Source of the DNA: an uncultured bacterium
Lineage (GTDB): Bacteria; Babelota; Babeliae; Babelales; Vermiphilaceae
Reading direction: 5' to 3'
Assembly (NCBI GenBank): GCA_963702025.1
Contig: OY969699.1
Coordinates: 832,001 to 896,000 of the forward strand
Length of the DNA stretch: 64,000 bases
This document shows positions 9,501-20,233 of the stretch, piece by piece (within the stretch, counting starts at the first letter, position 1; each line of letters begins with the position of its first letter). The notes beneath the pieces are model-generated. The model was given only the letters and a program-made list of their open reading frames with translations, searched no databases and was not told where the DNA came from. The translations under genes and the position numbers were made by a program.

Positions 9501-11417
9501 CTATTTTAACCGTGTTCCGTTGGGAACTTTGTTTCCCGGTTGTATTATCACAAGTTTTTTCTCTTCGGTTTCAGCGGTTAACAACATTCCTTGCGATTCA
9601 AGTCCCATCATTGTGCGCGGCTTTAAGTTGGTAACAAATACTGCCTGCTTACCAATGAGATCTTCGGGTGTAAAATGTTTGCGGATTCCAGAAAGGACTT
9701 GGCGTTTGCCAATTGGCCCAAAATTAACTTGCAACTTATATAATTTGTCAGATTGCTCAATTATTTCGCATTGTTCTATTGTGCCAATTGTCAAATGAAT
9801 CTGAGCAAACTGCTCAATGGCTATATTTTCATCAGGCAGGACCGCTTGAACCGGTTGTATATCTTGTGAAGGGTTTTCCAACGGTTTTACAAAAAGATTT
9901 TCAATTTTCTTTAACATAAAAGTCTTATTCCATGTTTCATGTGCCAAAGGATCAATATTATTTACGCTAAGATTAAGCTCAACACCAAGGCTAGCAAGTA
10001 ATTCTTCCATTTTTTTTGGCATTATTGGCCATAAGAGGAGTGCTATAATCCGCAAAGAATGCGCAGTTGCGGATAAAATCTCTTTAAATTGTTCAGGATC
10101 TTTTTGTGCCACTTTCCACGGCTCTTGCGAATGGAAATACGCATTAGTTTCATTTATAAACTTCCATAGCCGTGCCAAAGCCATATGGAACATAAACTCA
10201 TCCATATGAGCTTGAAATTCATTATTTGTTATCAAACTTTCTTCATAGAGTTCTTGCGAAACCTTTGACCATTTTTGCGGTGGCACGAGTTGGGCAAGAT
10301 TATATTTTTGGGCCAATGTTACCATGCGATTTAACAAATTACCCAAATCATCGGCCAGATCTGAAGAAATTTTTTGCTCAAGATCTTCAATGGTAAACTC
10401 ACCATCATGGGTTATCGCCATTTGGCGCATTAAATAATAGCGAACTGGATCAGCACCATAGGCAGTATAAAGTTCAACCGGGTCAATGACATTGCCCAGA
10501 GATTTAGACATTTTTTGGGTACCAACTTTGAACCAACCATGCACCAACAAATGCTTTGGCAATGCAAGGCCGCTTGCCATCAAAAATGCTGGCCAATACA
10601 CCGCATGAAATCGCACAATATCTTTGCCCATCACCTGAACATCAGCCGGCCACCAAAAATTAAATTCTTTCTCTTTCTCTTTTTGGCCCCAACCTATTGC
10701 AGTGATATAGTTGTTAAGCGCATCGGCCCACACATAGGTAACATGATGTGCATCATTAGGAAATGGAACGCCCCATTTAACAGTTGTTCGGGAAATACTC
10801 AGATCTTTTAATCCGGATTTTACAAAATTAATTATTTCGTGAGATCGCTCGCGAGGAACTATAAAATCAGGGTTTTTCTCATAAAATTCAAGTAACTGAT
10901 CCTGATAGGCTGATAGCTTAAAGAAATAAGCCTCTTCAGACAACCACACCGTTTGACGCCCGCATGATGGGCAATTGGGGGCTTCTTTTGAAAGTTCATG
11001 TTCAGTAACAAATGTCTCGTCAGGAATACAATACCATCCCTGATAAAATGATTTATAAATATCACCTTTGGCCATAAGACTAAGAATCCATTCTTGAACT
11101 GCTTTAACATGAAATTTATTAGTTGTACGCATGAAGATGGTATAGTCTATTTCATAATCGCGCCAAACGGTTTTATAGGCATCGATAAAACTATCAACAA
11201 ATGTTTGGGGCTCTTTTCCTGCTTTTTCAGCTGCTTGCGCTATTTTCTGCCCAAATTCATCAGTTCCGGTCAAGAAACAGACTTTATTGTTTTTGAGTTT
11301 GTGCCAGCGCGCCAAAACATCTGCAATAACGGTGGAATAAAGATGACCAAGATGCGGTTTTGCTGTTACATAGTAAATAGGGGTGGTAACGTAAAATTTG
11401 TTTTTTTCCGTATTCAT
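9501..11417 (-). CDS. metG: methionine--tRNA ligase with C-terminal tRNA-binding domain
   Basis: FYVTTPIYYV..PHLGH, GTDEFGQK, GKDIVRFHAVYWPA, KMSKS, NLKPRTMMGLESQGMLL. Confidence 0.97.
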   Translation of the reverse strand: MNTEKNKFYVTTPIYYVTAKPHLGHLYSTVIADVLARWHKLKNNKVCFLTGTDEFGQKIAQAAEKAGKEPQTFVDSFIDAYKTVWRDYEIDYTIFMRTTNKFHVKAVQEWILSLMAKGDIYKSFYQGWYCIPDETFVTEHELSKEAPNCPSCGRQTVWLSEEAYFFKLSAYQDQLLEFYEKNPDFIVPRERSHEIINFVKSGLKDLSISRTTVKWGVPFPNDAHHVTYVWADALNNYITAIGWGQKEKEKEFNFWWPADVQVMGKDIVRFHAVYWPAFLMASGLALPKHLLVHGWFKVGTQKMSKSLGNVIDPVELYTAYGADPVRYYLMRQMAITHDGEFTIEDLEQKISSDLADDLGNLLNRMVTLAQKYNLAQLVPPQKWSKVSQELYEESLITNNEFQAHMDEFMFHMALARLWKFINETNAYFHSQEPWKVAQKDPEQFKEILSATAHSLRIIALLLWPIMPKKMEELLASLGVELNLSVNNIDPLAHETWNKTFMLKKIENLFVKPLENPSQDIQPVQAVLPDENIAIEQFAQIHLTIGTIEQCEIIEQSDKLYKLQVNFGPIGKRQVLSGIRKHFTPEDLIGKQAVFVTNLKPRTMMGLESQGMLLTAETEEKKLVIIQPGNKVPNGTRLK

Positions 11418-11711
11418 GAATAGTTCTCAATTAAAATTGAATGCTTTATTCATTATAATACTGAAAAAACAAACTATTACCAAATAGGCCCTTAATGTGC
11501 TTGAGTTTCAACAGAACAATAAATCCATCGTTACCCTTTGAGCAAGGGCCCAAAAACCGATCTGTCCCTCCTTTTACAGGTTCAAAATTAATAGCGATAC
11601 TATTTTTTTAAAAACTATTGATTTATAGCCTTCTACATTGTTATAATTACAATTAGAATAGAGTAATGGTTACTCTATAGGTAATACTATTTTATAGAAA
11701 AGGAGAAAACT

Positions 11712-12299
11712 ATGAAATCTCTTAAATATAGCATGCTAGTGCTTTTAGGCTGTTCATTAACATCGGGATTATATTCAACAACGGCGGATGTTAAATTAGC
11801 TGCAGAGAAACTACGTAGTGATTTTGATAATCTTGGTGAAGCAATAAAAACCTCAACACAAGAGCAAGCAAATGCAACGATAACTAAAATGAAAACTTGG
11901 GTTCAACAGCAAGAAGATATCTTCAGGAATGCACAAGCAAAATTGCAAGGTGATATTGAACAAACACGAGAAACTACAAAAGCTAAAATTAATGCAATAG
12001 CAAACGCTGTTGAAACGGATGATGAGGCGAAAGCTAATGCCCTTCTAAAGCAGTTGGATACTGAGATAAATTCAAACTTACAAAAATTACAAGAATCCGC
12101 AAAAGCAATACAGGATAAGGTTGAAGCTGCGCAAACTGAGGTAAAAACAAAATGGAGCAAGGGATTAGAAGAGTTAAAAGCGAAAAATCAAAGTAACCTA
12201 AAAAAATTCAATGATTCACTCAATGAAACAAAGAGTTATTTTAGGGGTTTTAGAGATATCATCAAAAGAAATGTCGCGAAACACTTAATAGAAGAATAA
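11712..12299 (+). CDS. secreted helical (apolipoprotein-like/coiled-coil) hypothetical protein
   Basis: AGGAG RBS, signal peptide, amphipathic K/E/A/Q-rich helices, own terminator. Confidence 0.7.
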   Translation: MKSLKYSMLVLLGCSLTSGLYSTTADVKLAAEKLRSDFDNLGEAIKTSTQEQANATITKMKTWVQQQEDIFRNAQAKLQGDIEQTRETTKAKINAIANAVETDDEAKANALLKQLDTEINSNLQKLQESAKAIQDKVEAAQTEVKTKWSKGLEELKAKNQSNLKKFNDSLNETKSYFRGFRDIIKRNVAKHLIEE

Positions 12300-12346
12300 G
12301 ACTAATTCTTAAAACAGCTCGTTCTGGCTCATTCAAAAACCTTAAC

Positions 12347-12378
12347 AAGAAGCCTTTGAAAGTTTTCAAAGGCTTCTT
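12347..12378. terminator. bidirectional terminator between convergent genes
   Basis: aagaagcctttgaa-agtt-ttcaaaggcttctt perfect 14-bp stem. Confidence 0.8.
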
Positions 12379-12390
12379 TCAATTCAAAAT

Positions 12391-12957
12391 TTACGAGTTA
12401 AATTTGCAACACAACTGTTCACGATAAATCGTCTTGAGCCAAGAAATAACTGACAATTGGGCATCATCTATATCCTGGACAGTATTAAATTCCTGTTCGC
12501 CAACCGATTCATCAGTAAGATTTCCTACTACTACGCGAAGATTCTTTACTTGATTAAGCAATTGTTTTAACAATGATTCAATTTCATCAAGACGTTTTAA
12601 CGTTTTATGACAACACTGCTGGGATTCGTGGTGTTCTTGTTCAAGATGGTTCACCAATTCTTGTAATATCTGGGCGATCAAGAGTTCAAACTGATCAATA
12701 CGTGCAAGGATTTTGTCACAGCACTCCTTTGAATGTTGCCCCTCATTAACGGTCAAACTCAGAACAAAATTTTGAATTTGTTCCGCAATTTGATTTAATA
12801 CGCCAATTGATTTTTTGATAGACAGAATTGGATCTGAACTAATGTGCTCAAGCTCGTCTTTTTCTTTTTTGGTAAGTCGGCTTTCAGGCACTGTGGCAGA
12901 ACCAATGATGGCCATCATTAATCCTAAACAAATTATCCCGAAACGAATCATTTTCAT
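12391..12957 (-). CDS. secreted hypothetical protein with repeated CC-containing helices
   Basis: Signal peptide; AGGAG RBS; HSKECCDKILARID / ESQQCCHKTLKRLD internal repeat. Confidence 0.7.
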   Translation of the reverse strand: MKMIRFGIICLGLMMAIIGSATVPESRLTKKEKDELEHISSDPILSIKKSIGVLNQIAEQIQNFVLSLTVNEGQHSKECCDKILARIDQFELLIAQILQELVNHLEQEHHESQQCCHKTLKRLDEIESLLKQLLNQVKNLRVVVGNLTDESVGEQEFNTVQDIDDAQLSVISWLKTIYREQLCCKFNS

Positions 12958-13028
12958 ATTGTTATCTCCTTGTAACTAAGATTTAAAAACTATACCTATT
13001 GTTACAAAGAAATTCACGCAAAAGTCAA

Positions 13029-13230
13029 TAGACCTTATGCGTAATTATTTTAATAAAAAAGGTATGCTTAGCGCGCTCGCCCTGAGTGCCGCTCGCAGAG
13101 CGGTGTATCGAAGGGTTATTATGATTTAAATTTTTCAAATTATGGTTCGATACGATTGCTTCGCAATCACTCACCACGAGCGGTTTCTGGCGAATTCATT
13201 TTTTACGCAGCTTATTGCACATAAGGTTTA
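13029..13230. mobile_element. MITE-like element, subfamily B (TA-flanked, REP-like interior)
   Basis: Ends tagaccttatgcgtaat / attgcacataaggttta (14/17 inverted match); interior cctgagtg..gtatcgaaggg and atggttcgatac..ctcaccacgagcgg. Confidence 0.65.
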
Positions 13231-13239
13231 ATAAATAGG

Positions 13240-14301
13240 TTATGACGCCAAAACATCAATCCAGAGCTCATTTAATTCTTGATCAGAAATAACGTCCCTA
13301 AAAAAATCAAGCTTTTGCCAAGGCACTGCAGGACAGAATTTTTCTTGACCTGTTACTGATACATCGGAAAGTGGCGAACAAAAACCAAACATATCGGTGT
13401 GATGCATAATCACTTCAGGTCTATACAAATAATTAATAAACTCATAGATCAAATCATCTTTGGTTGTTGTTTTGGGTATAGCAAGAGAATCAATAATTAA
13501 AAAAGTTCCTTCTTGAGGAATAATCATGCCAAAATTAGGGTGTTCCCTGCTCAACCGCCATAATTCCGGACTAATAATTACCCCAAAATTACAACTCTTA
13601 CTTTGTAATAAATTATCGGATCGCGCCAATGAATAGACATCAACGCTCTTTTTTTGCTCAATCAATAACTGCTTTACCTGCTCACGTGCATGCGCATCCT
13701 TTAAGGCATCTATGGATCCAAAAAGATACTGAGCGGCTATCATTATTGCTTCACGCGGATCATCGGTCATACAAACGCGTACATTTTTTTCAACTGGCGG
13801 GAACAACAACGACCAACTATTTTTAATCTCGTTTGGCTGATCGAGTGCATCATACCCAACGCCATATATTCCCCAATAATAGGGCACTGAATATTTATTT
13901 TCAGGATCAGCGTACGTTGCGCGCAATTGCGGATTTAAGCGTTCAAAGAATGGGATCTTTTGCTTGTCGATATTCTTGAGTAATCCCTGCTTAATCAACA
14001 TCTGCAATGAATGGTCATCAGGCAAAATAATATCGTAACCGGCCCCTTTGGTTGCTGCCAACTTACTCAATAGTGCCGAACCATTTTCAAAATAGGTTAT
14101 GTATAATTTTATTCCCGTTTGTTGTTCAAATTTTTTCAGATAGATTGGATCGAGCAAAAGGGGCCAAGTGAAAACTGTTAAACTTTTTTCTTGAAAAAAA
14201 TGGTTCCCGATAGTCGGCAGCATGAGTATCATGCAAATTATTGCGGTCCAAAACAAACAAATTATGGATCGAATCACTATTTTGGCTATTGATACATTCA
14301 T
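13240..14301 (-). CDS. potD: spermidine/putrescine ABC transporter substrate-binding protein
   Basis: FEQQTGIK, GYDIILP, YSVPYYWG, PQEG..IDSLAIP, FINYLYRPE; last gene of the pot operon. Confidence 0.88.
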   Translation of the reverse strand: MNVSIAKIVIRSIICLFWTAIICMILMLPTIGNHFFQEKSLTVFTWPLLLDPIYLKKFEQQTGIKLYITYFENGSALLSKLAATKGAGYDIILPDDHSLQMLIKQGLLKNIDKQKIPFFERLNPQLRATYADPENKYSVPYYWGIYGVGYDALDQPNEIKNSWSLLFPPVEKNVRVCMTDDPREAIMIAAQYLFGSIDALKDAHAREQVKQLLIEQKKSVDVYSLARSDNLLQSKSCNFGVIISPELWRLSREHPNFGMIIPQEGTFLIIDSLAIPKTTTKDDLIYEFINYLYRPEVIMHHTDMFGFCSPLSDVSVTGQEKFCPAVPWQKLDFFRDVISDQELNELWIDVLAS

Positions 14302-15089
14302 TGTAATAAATCCGCTTTTTTAATTTTTAAGGATGAAAAAATAAGAACCAGCGCGCTACTCACCACCAATAAAATAGTTGATAACGCATTCACGATCGGC
14401 GTTGCACCGGAACGAATGGCTACAAAAATATAAATCGGAAGGGTTTGCGTGGAACCACCAGTACAAAAAAATGAAATAAGAAAATCATCCAGCGAAAGAA
14501 CAAATACCAAAAGAGATGATGCTAAAATAGCCGGCAATAATAAGGGGATCATGATAAAACGCAGCGACTGCCCTTCGGTAGCTCCCAAATCAAGCGATGC
14601 TTCCATATATTTTTTATCAAGTTCATCAAACCGCGATTGCAATATAGGAACAACATAGCCAAGGCCAATCAGCGTATGCCCTGCTATTAATGTTGTTAAG
14701 CCAAGCGGTACGGAAAAAAACGCAAATAAACTGAGCAATCCGACAGCAATAACAATTTCGGGTGTTGCCAAGCTTGCATAAAAACCAATAAAAAAACGAT
14801 GCAAAAAATTTTTCCAGCTATAAAAAACGTACAGCAAACCCAAGGTAATACTTAAAACTACCGATGAAAAAGCAACAATCAAAGAATTTTTTAATGCGTG
14901 CCAAATATCATTCGATGCCCAGAGCGCATGATACCATTTTAAAGAAAATCCTTCCCAGGCAAACGGCAAATCGGAACTATTAAATGAGAAAATTACTAAA
15001 ATAATGATCGGTATATACAAAAATAAATAAACACATATCGCCAATACCGGTAACAAATAGGTAAGAAATGCACTTCGTGATCGTACCAT
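14298..15089 (-). CDS. potC: spermidine/putrescine ABC transporter permease
   Basis: FLYIPIIILVIFSFN, GFSLKWY, EASLDLGA, SLDDFLISFF, TLPIYIF. Confidence 0.9.
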   Translation of the reverse strand: MVRSRSAFLTYLLPVLAICVYLFLYIPIIILVIFSFNSSDLPFAWEGFSLKWYHALWASNDIWHALKNSLIVAFSSVVLSITLGLLYVFYSWKNFLHRFFIGFYASLATPEIVIAVGLLSLFAFFSVPLGLTTLIAGHTLIGLGYVVPILQSRFDELDKKYMEASLDLGATEGQSLRFIMIPLLLPAILASSLLVFVLSLDDFLISFFCTGGSTQTLPIYIFVAIRSGATPIVNALSTILLVVSSALVLIFSSLKIKKADLLQ

Positions 15090-15968
15090 TTACATTTTTC
15101 CTTTTGCAGTTGGATTACCCATACATTTTTTAAAAAAGAGATACAATAAGCCAACTGCTGCCAATAATATAATACTGCTAATACAGGTAAATGCTGCACC
15201 CAACGCAGGATTTCGAGCAGATAAAAAGTATTGCATAATTAAAGGACCAACAAAAAGCTGCTTGCCCCCGCCCAAGAGAATAGGAACTACCAACTCACCA
15301 AAGGAAGGCACAAAAACCAGAAAGAAACCGGTTCTAATGCCCGCCATTGAAAGTGGAACGGTAACGCGGATAAATGTTTGCCACTGTGTTGCCCCCAAAT
15401 CTGCCGCTGCTTCAAACACGCGGCGATCAATTTTTTCAAGGGCACTATACAATGGCATAATCATGAATGGCAAATAACAGTAGACCATTACCAGATAAAT
15501 GGCGAACGTATTATTGAGCAAATGGAGAGGCTGCTGAATCATGCCAAGTTTTAAAAGTATTGTATTCAGTAATCCATTATGCTCTAAAACAAAAAACCAT
15601 GAATAGACCTGCACCATTAAACTGGTCCAAAATGGCAAAATTAAAAAAAATAAAAAAAGATTTTTGAATCTATTAATTTTTATCGCCAAACAATATGCCA
15701 CCGGATAGGCGCACAATAGACACAAAATGCCATTAACCAGGCCCAAAAGCAGTGACCTTAGAATCACTAAAAAAAAGCTCGGACTTAAAAAATAAATATA
15801 GTTTTCAAGCGTTGCGGTGGGAAATCCACCAGATACTCCCACCCGAAAAAAACTGATTAAGAAAATAAGGGCAACCGGGATATAAAAAAAAAGCACTTGC
15901 CATGTAACGGCGGGTACCGCCCAAAAAAACGAAGATTCTTTTGCAACTATTTTTTTAATGCTACTCAT
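15090..15968 (-). CDS. potB: spermidine/putrescine ABC transporter permease
   Basis: AYPVAY, LPFWTS, YLPFMIMPLY, EAAADLGA, LLGG; start placed at MSSIKK just after the potA stop. Confidence 0.9.
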   Translation of the reverse strand: MSSIKKIVAKESSFFWAVPAVTWQVLFFYIPVALIFLISFFRVGVSGGFPTATLENYIYFLSPSFFLVILRSLLLGLVNGILCLLCAYPVAYCLAIKINRFKNLFLFFLILPFWTSLMVQVYSWFFVLEHNGLLNTILLKLGMIQQPLHLLNNTFAIYLVMVYCYLPFMIMPLYSALEKIDRRVFEAAADLGATQWQTFIRVTVPLSMAGIRTGFFLVFVPSFGELVVPILLGGGKQLFVGPLIMQYFLSARNPALGAAFTCISSIILLAAVGLLYLFFKKCMGNPTAKGKM

Positions 15969-15970
15969 CG

Positions 15971-17062
15971 TTATTTTTCCAATAAGACTACGTTTTCTTT
16001 TTGCCAATACAGATATACCGTATCATCATAATCAATAATTTCTTTAGGAAAATGCTCCTCATTTTGCTCAAAAACCTGAATCACTTGATTATTAGCTAAA
16101 CGCACGTTGTATTGCGTTGACCTGCCATGATACACAATAGAGGCAACAACGCCCTGCAATGAATTTGAAAAGCCCTCAAGCGGACTCTTACTGATATCTA
16201 TTTTTTCGGGCCGCACACTCATAAGAGCATGAGCACCCTCTTTTGCCCATTCTTTTTGTTTTGGGATAACCAGTTCGCACGCACCAACTCCCTCAACTTC
16301 CAACCATTGTTTATCATCAGTAATGCGCAAAATACCTTTAAAAATATTGGTTGAGCCAACAAATTGCGCCACAAACGAGGAAATGGGAAATTCATAAATT
16401 TCTTTTGGTGTTCCAATTTGCTCAATTTGCCCGTCAGGATTCATAATCGCCATGGTATCAGCCACCGTTAATGCTTCAAATTGATCATGGGTCACATACA
16501 CAAAAGTGGTATTTAAACTACTTTGCAAATCAATAAGTTCAAGCAAAATCCGCTCACGTGATTTAAGATCAAGCGCAGCCAATGGTTCATCAAGGAGCAA
16601 AACTTCCGGCTCATTAATGATGGCTCGCGCCAATGCTACGCGCTGCTGCTGCCCGCCAGATAATTGTTGAATCGATTTATATAAATGTTTTTCCAAATGT
16701 ACTGTTTTAACTATTTTGGCAACTTTTTGTTGAACAACCTCTTCGGGTACTTTGCGGATCCTTTGGCTAAAGGCTATGTTATCGTACACATTTAAATGGG
16801 GAAACAAAGCATAGCTTTGAAACACCGTATTGATATGCCGCTCATTGATCGGAACGTGAGTAATATCTTTATCGCCCAAAATTATTCTGCCCTCATCAAC
16901 CTCTTCAAAACCGGCAATAAGCCGCAAAATGGTAGTTTTACCACTACCACTGGGCCCCAATAAGGCAAAAATCTTTCCACCCGGAATTGTTAAATTTAGA
17001 TTCTCAAGGATAACTTCGCCATTAAAACGCTTGGTAATATTTTCTAATCTAATGCTTCTCAT
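15971..17062 (-). CDS. potA: spermidine/putrescine ABC transporter ATP-binding protein
   Basis: GPSGSGKTT, VFQSYALFPHL, LSGGQQQRVALARA, LLDEP, C-terminal TOBE region. Confidence 0.92.
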   Translation of the reverse strand: MRSIRLENITKRFNGEVILENLNLTIPGGKIFALLGPSGSGKTTILRLIAGFEEVDEGRIILGDKDITHVPINERHINTVFQSYALFPHLNVYDNIAFSQRIRKVPEEVVQQKVAKIVKTVHLEKHLYKSIQQLSGGQQQRVALARAIINEPEVLLLDEPLAALDLKSRERILLELIDLQSSLNTTFVYVTHDQFEALTVADTMAIMNPDGQIEQIGTPKEIYEFPISSFVAQFVGSTNIFKGILRITDDKQWLEVEGVGACELVIPKQKEWAKEGAHALMSVRPEKIDISKSPLEGFSNSLQGVVASIVYHGRSTQYNVRLANNQVIQVFEQNEEHFPKEIIDYDDTVYLYWQKENVVLLEK

Positions 17063-17756
17063 TTTTTCGCGCCATCCTTGCGTATGCTATAGGGACCACC
17101 ACATCCGATAATGTGCAGGGGATCACCACAGCCATGATAATAAAGAGAAAAACAAATCCAATACTGGCGTACCAGTCTATAAACCCATGCGACACTAAGT
17201 AAAACGTGGAAGCAAGGGAGCTCACAAAAATATGAATAAAGTGAGAAAAGATAGAATACACTTTTTGATTTTCATCACGATGCTTGCTCATCACAAATCC
17301 ATTGAGAATACCTACAAAGAGAAATGGCAGCACATTGGAAAGCTCAGTAAAAAAGCACAGATGAAAACTCATGTTAACGCCCAAGGCGCGTCCTCCCAAA
17401 TAGGGCAATATCGAGTCGGATAAGGTACAAAAAAGAACCGGCGACCAAATACCAACAAGTAAAGCAGGAAAAAGATCTTTGCAAAACCGGCGAAAAGTTA
17501 TAATGGTGCCCGTAGCAGCAAACACAATATGCATAAAGTGAAAGCTGTGAAAAAGCATGAGCGCACCCTTGTGGGCTATCTGCTTATCAATATTTATTAA
17601 CGCGAGCGTAACAAAACTTAAAATTATCAATGAAAAGGCAACAGAAAAAATTGCATAGGGCAGATGATGAAAGAGCTCACTTTTCAAGGTATGCTTATGA
17701 TCATGGTAATGGTCGTGGTCATGATCGTGGTTATGATGGTCCATTAATATCCCCAA
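17049..17756 (-). CDS. His-rich multi-pass membrane protein (possible metal binding/transport)
   Basis: N-terminal DHHNHDHDHDHYHDHKH, about 6 TM segments, FHSFHFMH, HFIHIF; overlaps the potA start. Confidence 0.7.
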   Translation of the reverse strand: MGILMDHHNHDHDHDHYHDHKHTLKSELFHHLPYAIFSVAFSLIILSFVTLALINIDKQIAHKGALMLFHSFHFMHIVFAATGTIITFRRFCKDLFPALLVGIWSPVLFCTLSDSILPYLGGRALGVNMSFHLCFFTELSNVLPFLFVGILNGFVMSKHRDENQKVYSIFSHFIHIFVSSLASTFYLVSHGFIDWYASIGFVFLFIIMAVVIPCTLSDVVVPIAYARMARKNEKH

Positions 17757-17897
17757 ATAACGGTGATTGAATAACGATATTTTTAAATTAATCGTTTTTT
17801 CAAATAAATCAAAAAAACAGCGTAAAAATCTAGCATTTTCTTGTTAATTTGTTAACTTGATTCAAATTAATTCAAATTTAACGCGTAAAGGACCATT

Positions 17898-18356
17898 ATG
17901 AACTTAAAATACTCCCTGCTGTTTTTAGCAACTTTTGTTACTAATTCCCCCGCTTTACCTACTTACGAAGAAATCCGCCAACAAGTGGAAGATGAAGCAA
18001 ATCAACAAATAGAGATTGCTAAAGCTACCTTTGAAAAAGATTATACCAGTTCATGTCAAAAACTGTTTTTAAGCAGCGGACTTACCGGCCTTCTTACTGT
18101 TCTTATTTTACGAGATGGAACAAATTTGAGTTATTTATATGGTGCACTTGCGGGAATCTTTGGGTATATCACGTTACTACAACATGCAGAGCTCATGGAA
18201 AAACGACGCGTATGCAACAAAGAAATTCATTATGCAGACCAGGTCTATCACCAAAAACTTGATCATCTGCATACTCGCCATTACCAAAATGATATTGCCA
18301 AGTTTATTGTTAAACGCTTGGAAGAGCTCTTAACAAAGAGTTCGGCTATTCAATAA
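17898..18356 (+). CDS. hypothetical protein (signal peptide, 2 TM)
   Basis: 152-aa ORF with AAGGA RBS and hydrophobic segments. Confidence 0.6.
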   Translation: MNLKYSLLFLATFVTNSPALPTYEEIRQQVEDEANQQIEIAKATFEKDYTSSCQKLFLSSGLTGLLTVLILRDGTNLSYLYGALAGIFGYITLLQHAELMEKRRVCNKEIHYADQVYHQKLDHLHTRHYQNDIAKFIVKRLEELLTKSSAIQ

Positions 18357-18624
18357 TACGCAGTGCGCCACGATAATCTTTTACCTTTACAAAAGGCTCG
18401 ATATTTGGTGCCTGAGCACCCAGAAGCGCCGCTTCTTTATGAATTAGATCCACAAACTTATCAACATCTTCTTTGGTGCCACAAGCGATTATCTTCACCT
18501 CGCTTTGGGTAGCAATATATTGAATGGTTCCTTCAATATTAAGCTTTGCCCCCTTTTTTTGGATCTCGTGCACAAAAGAATCCTGGCTTGCACCCATAAT
18601 TGAAATTTTGAGACATTTCTTCAT
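18346..18624 (-). CDS. acylphosphatase-like protein (degenerate active site)
   Basis: Size and pattern KLNIEGTIQ...EVKIIACG..EDVDKFV match the AcyP fold; AGGAG RBS before ATG 18624. Confidence 0.6.
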   Translation of the reverse strand: MKKCLKISIMGASQDSFVHEIQKKGAKLNIEGTIQYIATQSEVKIIACGTKEDVDKFVDLIHKEAALLGAQAPNIEPFVKVKDYRGALRIIE

Positions 18625-18748
18625 ACTCCTAACTCCTTCTTTTTTGATCGATGCTAGCAAAATAGCCTCTTTCCTGTCAAAAAAACTTATTTATTAAAAG
18701 AAAAGCGGCCTTAGTAGACGAAAAATTAAATCAAAAGTAGAATTAAGG

Positions 18749-20197
18749 ATGTCTTTAAACTTTACGGATACCATGAATATAAATACCCCAATTCGCGTTC
18801 GCTTTGCCCCATCGCCCACCGGCCTCATGCACTTGGGCAACGTGCGCACCGCCTTAATGAACTATCTTTTTGCCCAACAAAAAAAAGGCACTTTTATCAT
18901 TCGTATAGAAGATACTGATACCCAGCGCAACTATGATCCGCAAGCCACCAAAATTATTGCTGATTTAACGTGGCTCGGTCTTGATTATCAAGAAGGGCCC
19001 ATCAAAGGTGGCCCATATGCCCCCTACTTTCAAACGCAACGCACTGAAATTTACCAAGAATATATTAAAAAATTGGAAGATAAAAAATTAGTATATCGTT
19101 GTTTCTGCACTCCGGAAGAGCTGGAAAAAAGGCGTCAACGGCAATTAGCGCTTAAGCTCCCGCCACGCTATGATCGCACCTGCCTCAAACTTACACCCGA
19201 GGAAATTGAGCAACTGCTCAAAGAGAAAAAACCATTTATCCTCCGTGTCCAACTTGATCAATCCGGATCAATTAGTATTCATGATTTGGCACATGGCACC
19301 ATCACCTTTGAATTTAAAAATTTCTCCGATTTTCCCATTACCCGGGCTGATGGTTCTGTTACCTTTATTTTTGCCAATTTTGTTGATGACTTGGTGATGA
19401 AAATTACTCATGTGATCCGTGGTGAGGATCATCTGACCAACACTGCCAACCAAGCGGCACTCTATGAAATTTTTAATGCACCGATTCCAACCTTTTGGCA
19501 CTTGCCCATTTTGTGCAATGCCGAAGGTAAAAAATTATCCAAGCGTGACTTTGGCTTTTCATTAACCGATTTAATGGATGCGGGTTACTTGCATGAGGCA
19601 ATTGATAATTATCTGGCAATAATCGGCGGCGGTGTTTTTGAACAAGAAATTATGAATTTGAATGAGTTGGCACAAAAATTAAATTTTGATCATATACATT
19701 CAACCGGCCATGTCCGCTATGATGTGGAAAAATTACGCTGGCTCAACCATAAATGGATAGCAAAACTTTCGCCACAAGATTTAATGGAACGGTGCTTACC
19801 TTTCTTGGTCAAATCCTACCCGCAGGCCGAGAAACTAAGCCGCGATACATTGATAACACTTATTCAAGCCATTAAAACTGATTTGCAGACACTTGCTGAT
19901 ATCAGCACCGCATTATCATTTATTTTCCATGCACCGGTTATTGATAAATCAATTCTCACGCCGGAACATATTGCCGTTGCAACCATAGTAAAAAATCATC
20001 TTGATCAGATTGCCAAGCCGGAAGAATTTGTTGCTACACTCAAACAAGAAGCAAAAAAACAAAATATTCCCCTCAGCCAACTATTCTGGTTTTTGCGTAT
20101 GGCATTGATTGGCAAAGAACATGGTCCGGCAATTCATGAATTGATTGCAATGCTGGGGGCTCAAGAAGCACGAGCCCGAATTGAGAAATTATTATAA
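18749..20197 (+). CDS. gltX: glutamate--tRNA ligase
   Basis: RVRFAPSPTGLMHLGN, IRIEDTD, ITHVIRGEDH, KLSKR. Confidence 0.96.
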   Translation: MSLNFTDTMNINTPIRVRFAPSPTGLMHLGNVRTALMNYLFAQQKKGTFIIRIEDTDTQRNYDPQATKIIADLTWLGLDYQEGPIKGGPYAPYFQTQRTEIYQEYIKKLEDKKLVYRCFCTPEELEKRRQRQLALKLPPRYDRTCLKLTPEEIEQLLKEKKPFILRVQLDQSGSISIHDLAHGTITFEFKNFSDFPITRADGSVTFIFANFVDDLVMKITHVIRGEDHLTNTANQAALYEIFNAPIPTFWHLPILCNAEGKKLSKRDFGFSLTDLMDAGYLHEAIDNYLAIIGGGVFEQEIMNLNELAQKLNFDHIHSTGHVRYDVEKLRWLNHKWIAKLSPQDLMERCLPFLVKSYPQAEKLSRDTLITLIQAIKTDLQTLADISTALSFIFHAPVIDKSILTPEHIAVATIVKNHLDQIAKPEEFVATLKQEAKKQNIPLSQLFWFLRMALIGKEHGPAIHELIAMLGAQEARARIEKLL

Positions 20198-20220
20198 TAA
20201 CGCGAACTCGAGCTAAAAAC
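20198..20220. repeat. solo MITE subfamily A end
   Basis: taacgcgaactcgagctaaaaac matches the termini of the 33156 and 42394 elements. Confidence 0.6.
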
Positions 20221-20233
20221 TTGGGACACAAAT

